64,000 nucleotides of DNA, from NCBI GenBank assembly GCA_964019425.1, contig OZ025802.1, positions 558,001 through 622,000 on the forward strand, read 5' to 3'. Under the pieces are notes generated by a model that made no database searches, was not told the origin of the DNA, and saw only the letters and a list, made by a program, of their open reading frames with translations. A program made the translations under genes and the position numbers. Source of the DNA: Flectonema sp. DT1601 (taxonomy: Eukaryota). Positions 1 to 11,606 of this stretch are shown piece by piece (within the stretch, counting starts at the first letter, position 1; each line of letters starts with the position of its first letter).

Positions 1-2
1 GC

Positions 3-899
3 ATTCCATTGAGAAGTACCAATGTCGAGTTCATCAACGTACCTTCGTAGTAGAAATAAAGAATAATCAATTGATAAAGCAACCGCTGCTGATATCATTA
101 CCTCAGGTGTTTCGGATGATACATCTCCCCAGCGCTTGGCTATCGGGAGTGCAAGTGTAAATGACGTCCCAAATGAGAGACCCATACATATCAACGGTAT
201 AATTAGAAGCTGAAAACGTCTTAGAAAGAATGATAAAACCGCAAAAGCGAATGGCAGAACAATAACTTCCATCTTTCGGAGACTACTCACAGCACGACCT
301 TTCATTTCCAATGTTAAGACATTCCCACCAGAGAAAGTAAGTTCAATGTCTTGTCCAAGAATTGAACAGTTCGTGTACTCTCGTTGTATGAAATTTATGA
401 ATCTAAAAGCATCATTTTCTGAAACCTTATGATGATTTCTAGTATTCTCTACAATACATCTCGTGATAGTAGTTGTGTTGTCAGTTGATAACATCCAACC
501 AACAGGGCTTCCATCAATACTTGGGAGGTAGTATCCACTTACTTGGATTACATATTGCTGATTAAATTCAGATCTCTCGACTAGTTCGCTGAGCCATCTT
601 TGAAACTGAGTTACTTGCAGTTTGTTGTCTCCTTTATTTATTTCTCCGCCTTTTTCTACCTCAAGTACGACGTCTAAGACTGAACCCATTCCGGTCATGT
701 TTTTAAAATATTCTTTACTCAAGGAATTTGCTACTCCGCTTCTCGAATTTTCAGGTGGACTCAGCGTCGCTCCTGTGTTTTGCATTAACTCTGGTGCAGT
801 GTAAACACAAAGTCCTCCAAACAATGACCAGAGTACGAGAGTTACGATTGCTAACCGAAATGCCCAAGTAGGAGTGTTGGGGTCCCATGGTGGATTCAT
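3..899 (-). CDS. MMPL/RND-family multi-pass membrane transporter, 5' part (runs off the window start)
   Basis: Not in the ORF track because it has no stop inside the window. Manual translation from ATG at 899 is open to the edge: MNPPWDPNTPTWAFRLAIVTLVLWSLFGGLCVY... It shows one TM helix, a ~150-aa loop, then TM helices ending ...VMISAAVALSIDYSLFLLRRYVDE, which matches the MMPL 'GxxxDYxLFLxxRY' motif. Confidence 0.75.
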   Translation of the reverse strand, partial: MNPPWDPNTPTWAFRLAIVTLVLWSLFGGLCVYTAPELMQNTGATLSPPENSRSGVANSLSKEYFKNMTGMGSVLDVVLEVEKGGEINKGDNKLQVTQFQRWLSELVERSEFNQQYVIQVSGYYLPSIDGSPVGWMLSTDNTTTITRCIVENTRNHHKVSENDAFRFINFIQREYTNCSILGQDIELTFSGGNVLTLEMKGRAVSSLRKMEVIVLPFAFAVLSFFLRRFQLLIIPLICMGLSFGTSFTLALPIAKRWGDVSSETPEVMISAAVALSIDYSLFLLRRYVDELDIGTSQWN

Positions 900-1367
900 T
901 TTTTTTTTGTCTGTTTTTGTAAAAATATGTGTAAGCCTCACCAACGAGTAATTAAAAAACAACCAAACATATCGGAACAGGAACAGAACTCCACAACAGA
1001 ATAAGATTGGTTCCTTGAAACTATCTTTTTACTATTACGTGGGTTGTCATTTTTATTCTTGTTTTTCCTCTTTTTTCTTAAAAGCCTATATTGTCTTTCA
1101 AAGTAGTTGATAATTATCGTCCAACAAACACAGAAAAATCGCAAAAAAAAGTCGGATGTTTTTTGTTTTGTGTACGAAAAAAAAACATCAAGGTGTATTT
1201 TTTCTTTTTTTTTTTTCCTTCTTCTTTTTATTCCCCGCAGTAAAGTAAAAAAACAGGTTAATTAACGAAGAGAAAACAAAAAAAGCCGTTCAGCAGAAGA
1301 GATGTTACTCTCCAAGTTGACTATAGAGCTCTTTTTAAGAGTGATTTGATGAGGAGATAAAAGAAAA

Positions 1368-1403
<36 letters not shown>

Positions 1404-1755
1404 CCCTCATAATTATTCGCATTTATCGATTTAGATTAGCCGGTTATATTTCGTTGAAAACGCAGACAAGACCATATATATTAAAAAAAAGAAATAAACG
1501 TGGGCTTTTTTTTTTCAATTTCTGAAAAAATGCTTTACACTTTGCATACGGAATAGTGCCACCGGCTTAATATATCGAAGAGTAAAATGGTCGTCTTTTT
1601 TTTCACAGTAAGAAGTTAAGAAGAAAAAAAAAAACCATTATTCTAACAATTTGTAACAAAAACAAATAAATAAATAAATAAATAAATACATATAGAACAC
1701 CCCTACCTGGTGTCGGAGAGAGAAAATATTTTTATTCCATCACAAAATAGGATCC

Positions 1756-1897
1756 GTCATCTGGGGGGGTTGAATGTTTGAATTTGTAAAATACAACTGT
1801 TTTGTATCGCGTTAACATAACGATGGTTTAACAATCTGTTAAGGATACAGTGAACTATGGTGATGCTTAACTTAGCCTTTTAAATGTCATCTGGGGG
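1756..1897. repeat. Dispersed ~130-bp element, copy 1, bounded by the direct repeat GTCATCTGGGGG
   Basis: 58 nt (1827-1884) are identical to 35435-35492. Inverted pair TGTATC 1803-1808 / GATACA 1844-1849. Direct repeats at 1756-1767 and 1886-1897. Confidence 0.85.
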
Positions 1898-1985
1898 TAA
1901 CTTGATACTAATATTATTGGGGGGTGAATATCAAAATGTTTGTACAATAAAGGGACGTGAGAAAGGAAAAGAACACCACCCCCCT

Positions 1986-4343
1986 CTAGAATACTTCTTT
2001 ATAATATCTAAAAACTGTGCTTCTTTTACCCGTTTTACTCATAACTAATTCGTGCACACCACTACACATGGCGCTGGTACCACATACAAAGACTCCTATT
2101 TCTTTACCGGGGTATTTGTCAATCATTTCTTCGAATATTGCTTCCATGTTTGGGCGACCAAAACTAGTCTTACCAGAATTTTGAATGCCAGTAATTAAAT
2201 CGATGTTTGTTCTTTCGTAAACAGATTCGAGACACATTCTAAGAAGAGCATTTGTAACATCGTATTCGTGTACAGTACCAGTCATAAATAAGTTAAGTTT
2301 GCAATGATCAGTGCTGTATTGCGCATGTGAAAATTTTTCAACCGGTTGAAAGCGAGCTAGTTGGGAATTCTTACCTGAAAGTAGAGAACCAAATAAATCA
2401 CTAAACCAGTCAAAAGAAAATTGATCTCTCGAACTCCAATAAAAGTGAATACTCTGTCCCTTTGAAGGCTGATTCTTAATCGTATCTAAAATACTAGCGA
2501 AGGGAGTCACACCAACACCTGTACAAAAAAGCAAACAGATATCGTACTCAAAAACATGTTGTGCTGCGCTGGAATACGGACCCTCAATTACAAAAGTTGG
2601 ATATGGTTTTTTTCTAAGTCGATATTGTAAGTTGTTGGTCCAGTCTCCGTCTGCTTTAATATGAAACGAGACCGTATTAGCACTTTGATTCTCTCCGGAA
2701 CTTATTGTGAAGGGGTGATACTGGACTCTTGAAATTTCAGGAACAGCGAGTAGCGCATAGGCTCCGGTTTTATATCTGAACGGTTTTTCCGTTGTTAACC
2801 GAAGTGATATCCACTTACTCTTACTTCCAATTTCAGCGGATTTTACAGTTGCTTTTTGACGTGATAGATACCTCAATATCCAGTTTATAATGTACATTGA
2901 AAGGAAGGCTGACGACCATTTCCAAAATCTTGGTTCAGCCACGATCTCTGAAGTACCATGTAACATCAGCAGTGCATACCAGAACACTAACAGGTAATGT
3001 GTATGTAAGAATCTTTCATAATTCTCTCTTCGTTTTTTACCTCTAGCAAAGAAGAACATTATTGCAAAGATAAGAAGTTGAAGACAACCAGTCCAACCTG
3101 GAACACTTAAGAAGATTATATGAGCAACAGTTGGTTTACTAGTCAAGAATGAATACTCTCTGAAGTAGGTCCCTTCACCACAACACCATCCGTATGATGG
3201 ATGCATGAATAGCTCATCGGGTGCCCTACTTAACTGAATCGCGTTGTATAAGTGACCACCTACATGAATCGCAGTAAACACAGCTACAGAACAAGCGATT
3301 AATTTATGAAATGAAACGTGTTTATCCCACAACCATGTAGGTCCATGTTTTCTTCTGTAGTCGCTCTTCCATCTCAAAGCATTCATCATGGATAGTTCAC
3401 TCATGAAGTCTCTTATTTGTGTAAGTAATTTCTTACATACAGGTATCAGTAATAAATGACAGTTTAAACGAAGGGCAGCACCACCCATTTTTGCAACGGG
3501 AATACTGTAGCCTGATAACTCGTAGTTAAGCTCTGTGTTGTAATTATTAAATTCAAAAGCCATCATTAGAGCGGTTACGGTTAACCACAATGCGATAATG
3601 ATGTATTTATCTCCTTCAAGTTCCCACTTGAAACGAGCTCTTTTAGAGAGATGCATCTGTCTCCTGTCACTGTGAATGTTCTGACCTTGAAAGGCGCTGA
3701 GAGCTTCACTGTGATTTACTCCAAGAGTGTAACTGCCTTCATCATCAAATGATTGAAATGTCGCAAGGCTCTTTTTCCAATTATGGTTTTGTAACTTTCC
3801 AATTGTTAACGTGTCTAGAACGAATGGCCATCCCTGACAGAATAACGCAAAGTCTTTTTCTAAGAGAACCCCTCCATCGAAATGATCAACAAATTCATAA
3901 AAAATACTATCTGCGAGAATCTCTGCAGATGCTGGTTTGAATTGCAAACCATTCTCACGAACTATTATGTTAACAACGTTTTCAATGTCTTTTTTTGTCA
4001 TACTGCCTTCACCATTGAGATCGTACAAGAAATATAGAAAATGAGCCTTATGTTCATAACTACCAGTTCCTACTAAGGCTTCAATCCATTCCATTACTGT
4101 CTCGACGTCGAACTTCTTCCCTCCTTGACTTGGATTTGAAAAAAAAAATTCAAGAATTCTGGGAGTGAATCGACTGCTCTCTTTTAATTCCAGTATTGTT
4201 GTCAGTTTCTTCTTTCCATTTTCACCGTTTAGCTCTTCATCTGCTGCTACTAACTTTCGTCTTAAATCTACAAGTTGAGGGTCTCTTGATTGCTGCTCCT
4301 CGATATCAAGAAGTTTCTCGTCAATATCGCCCATCTCAAGCAT
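1986..4343 (-). CDS. EF-hand NADPH oxidase (NOX5/RBOH-like), 785 aa, intronless
   Basis: EF-hand LYDLNGEGSMTKKDI; ferric-reductase TM domain with His pairs (FHKLIA...HVGGH, HTHY...LHG); FAD motif HPFTISS; NADPH motifs TGVGVTPF and VFVCG; C-terminal KEVF. Confidence 0.93.
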   Translation of the reverse strand: MLEMGDIDEKLLDIEEQQSRDPQLVDLRRKLVAADEELNGENGKKKLTTILELKESSRFTPRILEFFFSNPSQGGKKFDVETVMEWIEALVGTGSYEHKAHFLYFLYDLNGEGSMTKKDIENVVNIIVRENGLQFKPASAEILADSIFYEFVDHFDGGVLLEKDFALFCQGWPFVLDTLTIGKLQNHNWKKSLATFQSFDDEGSYTLGVNHSEALSAFQGQNIHSDRRQMHLSKRARFKWELEGDKYIIIALWLTVTALMMAFEFNNYNTELNYELSGYSIPVAKMGGAALRLNCHLLLIPVCKKLLTQIRDFMSELSMMNALRWKSDYRRKHGPTWLWDKHVSFHKLIACSVAVFTAIHVGGHLYNAIQLSRAPDELFMHPSYGWCCGEGTYFREYSFLTSKPTVAHIIFLSVPGWTGCLQLLIFAIMFFFARGKKRRENYERFLHTHYLLVFWYALLMLHGTSEIVAEPRFWKWSSAFLSMYIINWILRYLSRQKATVKSAEIGSKSKWISLRLTTEKPFRYKTGAYALLAVPEISRVQYHPFTISSGENQSANTVSFHIKADGDWTNNLQYRLRKKPYPTFVIEGPYSSAAQHVFEYDICLLFCTGVGVTPFASILDTIKNQPSKGQSIHFYWSSRDQFSFDWFSDLFGSLLSGKNSQLARFQPVEKFSHAQYSTDHCKLNLFMTGTVHEYDVTNALLRMCLESVYERTNIDLITGIQNSGKTSFGRPNMEAIFEEMIDKYPGKEIGVFVCGTSAMCSGVHELVMSKTGKRSTVFRYYKEVF

Positions 4344-5270
4344 TTCATGAGATCTTATTGTGTTGCTGATTTTGATCCGCCAAAAAAAAAAAAAAAAAAG
4401 GCTTGATCGAAAAATACAGAGGGAACCCGCTGATTTGGAATATAATTAATTATAATAATTTAAGAGAAATTACTTTAACTAATTCAAAGAACAAATCATA
4501 TTTATGAAAAGTGTAAAACCTGTCATTAAAACAACATCAATCCTCAGGCTTTCAGTAACACGAACTAACATTATTACACGAAATAGGGGGTTATGGAGAA
4601 GAAAAAAAAGAAAAAAAAAGGTTTTTTTTTATTCGAAGCTTTAAAATTCTGAGTGTGATACTTCCATCGATTTCACTACTACTGATTTTATTCTCTCTTT
4701 CGTAATATAAAAGCGCGTGAGGGGCATTTCCCTTGTAGTTGTTGTGTTCTTTTTCTTCTTTTTTTCTGTTGTTATTTTTTTTTTTTTTTTTTTTTTTTTT
4801 TTCACGCTAACCGTTATACGTTCGTTCTCTCATTTTGTTTAATTTCTATTTTACCAAAATTTTATAAAAAAAAACAGGGGACTTATTACAAGGGAAGTGA
4901 GAAACAAAAGTGGGAATGGGAGAGGAAGGACAAAACTGTAGCCAAAAGTAACGAAAAACTTGGCATCCCTCAACAAAAACAGTTCGTAAGAGCCATCAAT
5001 GGTTTCTACTCTTTTTTTTTTTTTTTTTTTTTTTCCTTTTTTCCATTCATTCGGTATCTGGTCACAAAATCAAGAAGTAAGAAATTTTTTTGAGGGGAAT
5101 AAAAAAAAACAAAAAAAAAAAGAGTAAAAAAAATAGGGAGACAAAATGAAATAGCTCTAGGGGGGTAATAAAAACAATATCGGGAAAAGGAGAACAAAAG
5201 TGGGATACAAGAAATGGGCACGTGTACAACTTGCTACATGGATTTCGATTATAATCTTTGTTAAAAATGT

Positions 5271-8200
5271 CTAACAAAGTCTAGCCTTGTCTTCTTGAGA
5301 CATAACATTGATGGTTCCTGAGACTTCTTCTCCACTTGCACGGAGAAGTTTAAATTCCACTGCGGCGCCAACACGTCCACTTCTTCTGAATATGTCCTGA
5401 AAAGTTGAGACATTTCTAACAGCTTCTAATGCGAAACCCGTCAGCACATCTCCGTCATGGATTCCGGCGAGATGTGCAGGTCCGTTTTCAACAACACCAT
5501 CAATACGACAGAACTCTTCGTTCGTAACGTCAATCTGCATACCTAACCAGGGGAGTTTGCTTGGATTCTTCTTTACTGCCTTTCTAACAGACGGTCTTCC
5601 TGACAACTTACCACCTACTCGAGGGGTGGCACGACCACTTGGTCTCTTGCTGACCTTCTTCTTCTTCTTGGTGCTCTTCTTCTTGGTCGAAGTTTTCTTC
5701 TTCTTCGTACTTCCTCTCGATCTTGATTTCGATCTTGCTGGAGAAAGGGAACCCGACTTTGCAACACTCTTCTTCCTCTTGGTACTCGTCTTCTTCTTTT
5801 TCGTGCTAGGCTTCTTCGATACCCTTCTTCGAGGGGTAAGTGTTGAAGACGACGCCTTTGGTCGAGGTGATCGTGGGATTGGTCTCGGTGAGCGAGCTCC
5901 AGTTCTGCGGACGGAGACCTTCTTCTTCTTCTTAGATGAAGACTTCTTCCTTTTGACCTGATTTGCTCTCGGAGTACTGAGTGCTGCAAGTCTCGATGAA
6001 GATGGAGCAGCAGTCCTCTTGACGGAGGTTTTAGGGGACGGGGCAACTCTTCGAGCAGCAGCAGATGATGCCGCCCGAGGGCCACCAACACGGCCACTGA
6101 GCCCCAAGCGAGGTACCTTTGGAGCTGGTTTAGGAGCTTTCTTTGAAGACGAGGCGCGTGTTGAGCTCTTCGATGTCTTACTCGTTCTGCCTGGTGAGAG
6201 GTGTGAAGGGCGAGCACTAACCTTTCCTGATGGCTTTCTCTTAGATGAAGAGCGTTTGACTCCGCTGTCGGTACGGCCTTTAGTACTGGTTCTGGTTGTT
6301 CCTCTTCTTCCTCTTCTATCCAATACTTCGTCTTGTGACTTACGGTTTTTAGATCCAGAGTTGACAATCTCTAATAAGAAGTATGCATTAGTAATAACTT
6401 CCCTGTTGTGAACCATTTTATGTCTTTTCTCGTAAGACATCATATCGTAAGCAATAATCATATCTCTTATACCGCAGCATGCTAGACGCATGTTCTTACG
6501 TGGTAATATAGCATGGCCTCCTTCAGGGAGGATTAGCCAGTCTCCGTCAGGACCAAATATTTCACTCCTGTCTTGACCCTTCTTAAGGTATTCCTTTTCA
6601 ATTTGACGCTTAACAGCCTTTAGACCAGCTTCGTAGAGTCGGTTTTCTTGTCCCCTTCCTTCTTCACGAGATAGCTGCAGCCTTTCAAAATCATACAAAC
6701 AGTGGATTGCACGTCCCTTTAGAAGCATCATAATCTGCTTAAGAACTTCATCATCGCTAAGAGAGGTGTCAACACCAAGTCTTTGCATATTCATTTCTCT
6801 TTTGATGTCAAGGATCTGACTCTGAATGTCTCTGTACTTACCGTCTTCTAATGATATTTTCTGTTGGTGAATTTTAGAAAGCAAGTCATCACAATCGATT
6901 AGAGTAGACAAGAAAATAGACAACAAGTACAAACCTGTCTCAGCATGGCCAGTTCATCTTCACTGAGTGCCATTTCGGTAGTGATTTCTTCGTCTGTCTT
7001 CTCATCTGTGTGTGTGTGAGGTGTTGTTTTGCTTCAAGGTTTCTACATTGTGATAAGAAAAGAGTTGTTTAAATCATACCTTGCTCAAGAACTCTCACAA
7101 GTTGTGCATTCTGCTCTGCTAACATGTTCAGTTGTTGCTGAAGTGACTGTTTGTTGTTTTTGTTAAGACATGACTTGATTTTATGAATTACATATTATGT
7201 AAAAATAATAAATAATACCTCCTCGTGTCCTTTAGTTGACCAGTAGTGAAGCTTCTTGAAGTACATCGTTCTGAGAGCAAAGTCGGAATTGCGTGCAAGA
7301 ATCTGACTGACATTTCCCTTTTGCTTTATGTGTCTCTTGTGTTTGTAGTACCTTACTAACTTTTTGTAATATATTTCAGTAAATCCGCGTTCTGTTAGTG
7401 ACAGCATCGCTTCAGCTGCTTGTCTGCGCTTGGCTGCTTGTTTTTCTCTATCAGCAAAGTCAGTGATACGAACCCAGTAAGCGATTAAAGAACCTCTTTG
7501 AGTGTTTCGTAAGAGGGAATCAGCAATGACTGCTCGCTTGTTTAATTCTACTTGTCTTTTAAACCATCTTACCCAACGGAGGAGGTAAATCGATCTCAGT
7601 CCGTTTTCGGAATTTCCTCCGATAAGTTGAGCAGTAGCAAGTCTCTTGTTGCGTTTCTCTACCAAGTGAGTTGCTTCCTTCAGCTTTCGTAAGTACGAAA
7701 CTGCGAGACCTGTTGAAGTTGTCTTTGCGAGGCACTCAGCGAGGTGCATTTTTCTGCGATTTTCACGACGTTCGTTAGCGTAGTGAACAAGTTTTTTGAA
7801 ATACACAACAGTAAGACCGTGACACGTGGTACACATCATAGCGTAGGCCAGATCTTTTCTCTTACGAGCATCACGTCTGTTGTCAATCCATTTAATTGTT
7901 TGTTGGTAGTATTGAGCCTGCATTGCTCCTTTAGACTTTCTTCCGAGAGCAATAGCGAGTTCTTCTTTGCGTCTGGCATCGACCTCTTCGATGTAGCGAA
8001 GTTGGTCTTTTTTCTTCTCAAGTTCTTCATAATTATGAATAATTGTAGCACGCATATGTTCAACAGCATTTTGAAGCTCTTGTTCATGTCTGAGTTGGGC
8101 GCTGCGTTGGTGTACTGATTCAGGTGTGTCTGAGTCTGTCAACCAGACTTTTACTGCTCCGTTTTGACCAACTGACCAAACCTTCATAGCATTTACTCTA

Positions 8201-9105
8201 GCTAGTATCTGAAGTTTGTTTACATAGGTACCAGAGTGGTCAAACATTCTGGTTACTAATTGAAGGCTTGTTGCGTCCCATACGCAAACTACACCATCAA
8301 CACCTCCAGCCCATATTCTATTGCCTGCAGGATCTTTCATTAAAGTTGTAATTGGACCTTCTCTGTGATCCAAAAACTTTACAAGTTGACCAGTTTGTGT
8401 ATTCCAAACCTTCATCGTACCATCCATTGAGGAACTGAATAGGAATACTTCTTGCATGCATAGTGCTCGGATGCCTCCTCTGTGTCCGATAATTGGCCAA
8501 GGGTGATCCTTTTCTTGCATGGTGTCAAGATTCCAACAGCGAATAAGATAATCGCTTCCTCCTGAGAATAGAAGATTACCTTCTCCACAGAGACAAGAAA
8601 CAGTGTTTTGATGTCCTGATAGCTGTACCATGTATCTAAAAGTACGACCATCCCATTGTAAAATCTGCCAATCTTGAGATCCAGAATAGACGAAACCACC
8701 AAGTTCGATCATGCAAGTAACGGCACCGCTGTGTTGTTTTACTTCAAAAGCTAGTTCGAATGTTTCTTGGTCAAAGATTCTGATGTAACCATCTGATAGA
8801 CCACACCACATGTAACCACTGTAGGCTAACATACAACAGACATGAACGTTGAGCTTCTTTTCAATAGAAAACAATACTTGTCCAGCACCACCTCTACGGA
8901 TTGATATTTCACCGTCTTGGTCACCAGTCCATACAGCTAACCCTCCGTAGTATTCATTTACTGTCGGAACTACTTCAACACAACGTATGTAGTCATCAAA
9001 TCCTAATACATTTCGAATACCCTTCGTGTGAGTAGTCTCCATCTCATCCGTAAGAAAGCGGCGCTGGTCCAGCCGCTGATGCGTCACATCCGATAGATGT
9101 GCCAT
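5271..9105 (-). CDS. WD40-repeat / 36-aa helical-repeat / Lys-Arg-Ser-rich / C-terminal PDZ protein, ~1204 aa; exons 9105-7219, 7146-7080, 7005-6935, 6860-5271
   Basis: GH...WD repeats (SGSQDWQILQWD, SSSMDGTMKVWN); PDZ-like LGMQI...IDGVVENGPAHLAGIHDGDVL. Three GT-AG introns (7147-7218, 7006-7079, 6861-6934) join ORFs 7195-9108 and 5271-6932 in frame without stops. Confidence 0.8.
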
Positions 9106-9295
9106 CACAAAAGCCCTGAATTAGAAAAAAATAGTTTTATAATAACAAGGCTCTACTAATATATAAAATGTTTTGGGGGAGGTGTTCGTGAAGGTCCACA
9201 ACCTGTTCTAAAAATACAATAAAAAGAATTCATGAAAACGAAGAAGCTCTATAAATGTGTGTCAATCACAACTCACTTTTCTACGTAATAATCTC

Positions 9296-11606
9296 TCAAA
9301 TGGTTGTTTTGTCTACTCCAACACAACTTTGAATTATATTTTGGATATCAGTTTGACAATAAGACGTATTAATTGTTACAACGTTAGAACAGTCGTACTT
9401 ATCAATGTGGATAAAGTCTTGCTTCGCACTCGCTAAAAGTTTAATTTGTTCCTTTGTAAACTCACAGTAATGTCTAAAAGCAGCATCAGCCATAGTTCCC
9501 TGAACTCCTTTCATAGCGGATATAGATACAGCGAGTGAGTCTAGATTTGATCTAACTGACTTCATTTGTATACTTTGTTGTAGGGCATCTGCTTTTGTCT
9601 TTGACATTCGAGTACTTAGTATTTGAATTTGATGTCTTTTTGTCCCGACGGTTTCTAAGAATTTCTGTGTGTTGGAATGTTATGCTGGATATTGTTTGTT
9701 GAAAGTGATCAAGAAGATTCTAACATACCTTAGTCGCCTTTAAAGCTCGTTGTAGCTGCTGCTGTTCAGTCGAAATAATAATTGAAATAGCTGCGCTGTT
9801 TTGGTCATTTGGAACTCCTTGAGCATCAACAGCTGCTAATACGGAACCTTTTAGACATGAAGACATCTGGATTGCGATACTCCTCACTGTTTCTGGTAGT
9901 AATTTTGTTTGTTTTCCAGTTTTAACTGACACGATTCCGACATCACCCCTTCTAGAGAATACCAAGTTATTTTCTGATAGTAATTCATCAACTGATGGAT
10001 CAGCTGCAATGAGCTGCCATGCTAACGTCAAATACCCTGACGTTGATGTCCCGCAGGTAATACGCAACGTTCCAGTTTGTTCTGTAGCATTACAAAGGTC
10101 AGTATTGTAACCAGTATCACCAAGACCGATACCACTGAGGGTTTGACGTAGTGACTTTATAAGAGAATTTGGTAATTTCCCAATTGTTGTTATTTCAATC
10201 AACAAGTCCAACTGAGTTGGCAACATAGCACCCTTCGCATTGACTACAGCGTATTGTAGTAGTAAGCATGATAAGGTTTGAAGACCTTCCTTTTGTTGTC
10301 CAACTCTTAATAACTTCAATAGTTCTGGTTCTGCTTCCTGTTGCATATTATGTGCGTGTGCAGAAGCTTCAACTGTTGCTGGGAGGATTAGTCCTTGTTG
10401 TGATTTCTTCGGAACAGTTTTTGAGTAGTCGTTTCCTTGTTTTTGCAAATATTTCTTCTTATCCCCGACTGATATTATTTTATCTTCAATCTGCTGTTTC
10501 AGATTTTTTATGCTGCTCTGGTACTTTGCTCTTCTGGTTCGAGACTGTGGACCTGCCTTAGATAAACTTTTTAGATCTGAAAGAGACTTCTGCTCCGTAA
10601 CAAGCTGCTGCTTCAAGGCTTCAATTGAGTCTTCGAGGGTAGTGACTTCTCCTACAGTTCGAACTTGTTTGCAAGCATCTAATAAACTACTTCTTTGTAA
10701 TTTTACCATACTAACTTCACGTGTGTGTAGAGATTTCTCTTGTTTTTGTGTTGTTTCAGGTGGCGGGTCAATTTCAGGTATTTTCTTCTTTTTCAACAAT
10801 TTTTTTGCCTCAGTAATCGAAGACGAAACGTCTTTTTCTGAAGCTACTTTCACTAAAGTGAGAGTCAGGTTGTATCCCTGATAGGCTAGTGATGTCTGAG
10901 GGTCAAGTATAGCTGCTCCTCTATCCTTTAAGATGCGTTCAGTGCTTGATAATGGGTTCCAAGCGTATCTAAAAAAAGCAGGTGCTGCAGTACAAATAAT
11001 AGCGACGTCCTGGTGGGTGAATGTTTTAATTACGCGACGTACTTCAGCAAACGTCATACACTTTCTACGAGAAACAGAATAAAGTCTGAAAAGACTTTTT
11101 ATAATATCTTGTTTAGATACTTTCTTAATGTCTTTCGATAAGACTGTATCCTCAAGTGATATTATATTCCCCGAGAGTGAAGTCGTTAGCTCGTTGACGT
11201 CAACGATGCTGTCCTCATCGCTGTCTTGTTCCGGTTGTAGCTTCATACGTTTTAGTTCAATTCCCGCCGGTGGAATTTTTTGTTTAATACTACCAGAGGT
11301 TGGGATTTTTAGAATGGGATGTTCTTGACTGTTGCTTCCTTTCTTAGTCGCAGTTGCTGGTAATTTTTTTTCTGATGAGTCCGAAGAGCTGCTTGTCGAT
11401 CTTACTCTTCCTCTCTTTGACGCAGGTTTACTTTTCTTATTGTCTTCAGGTTTTTTAACGTCGTCTACATTAACTCGATTCCATCCCTTGCCATCTATCC
11501 AAGTTATATCGACTTGTTTCTGTCCTCGGATCCCGCGGACCTTCCCTCGTTTCCATCCCTTTGTTGGGTGCTTTGCCTGAACCTCATCTCCCTTTTCCCA
11601 TTTCAT
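9296..11606 (-). CDS. Tudor-like N-terminus plus putative Cdt1-like winged-helix domains, ~748 aa; exons 11606-9729, 9664-9296
   Basis: Intron 9665-9728 (GTATGT...ACACAG) joins two ORFs in frame. N-terminal WEKGDEVQAKHPTKGWKRGKV...VDITWIDG is Tudor/SH3-like. The Cdt1 resemblance is by eye only (see findings). Confidence 0.65.

Noticed and set aside
1875..1884. GCCTTTTA in the dispersed element as U5 snRNA loop 1
   Set aside because: It lacks the final C of GCCUUUUAC and a closing stem, and is absent from some copies.
5557..6411. Plus-strand ORFs antisense to real genes (also 23538-23966, 37760-38676, 57708-58424 and others)
   Set aside because: Shadow frames of minus-strand coding sequence.
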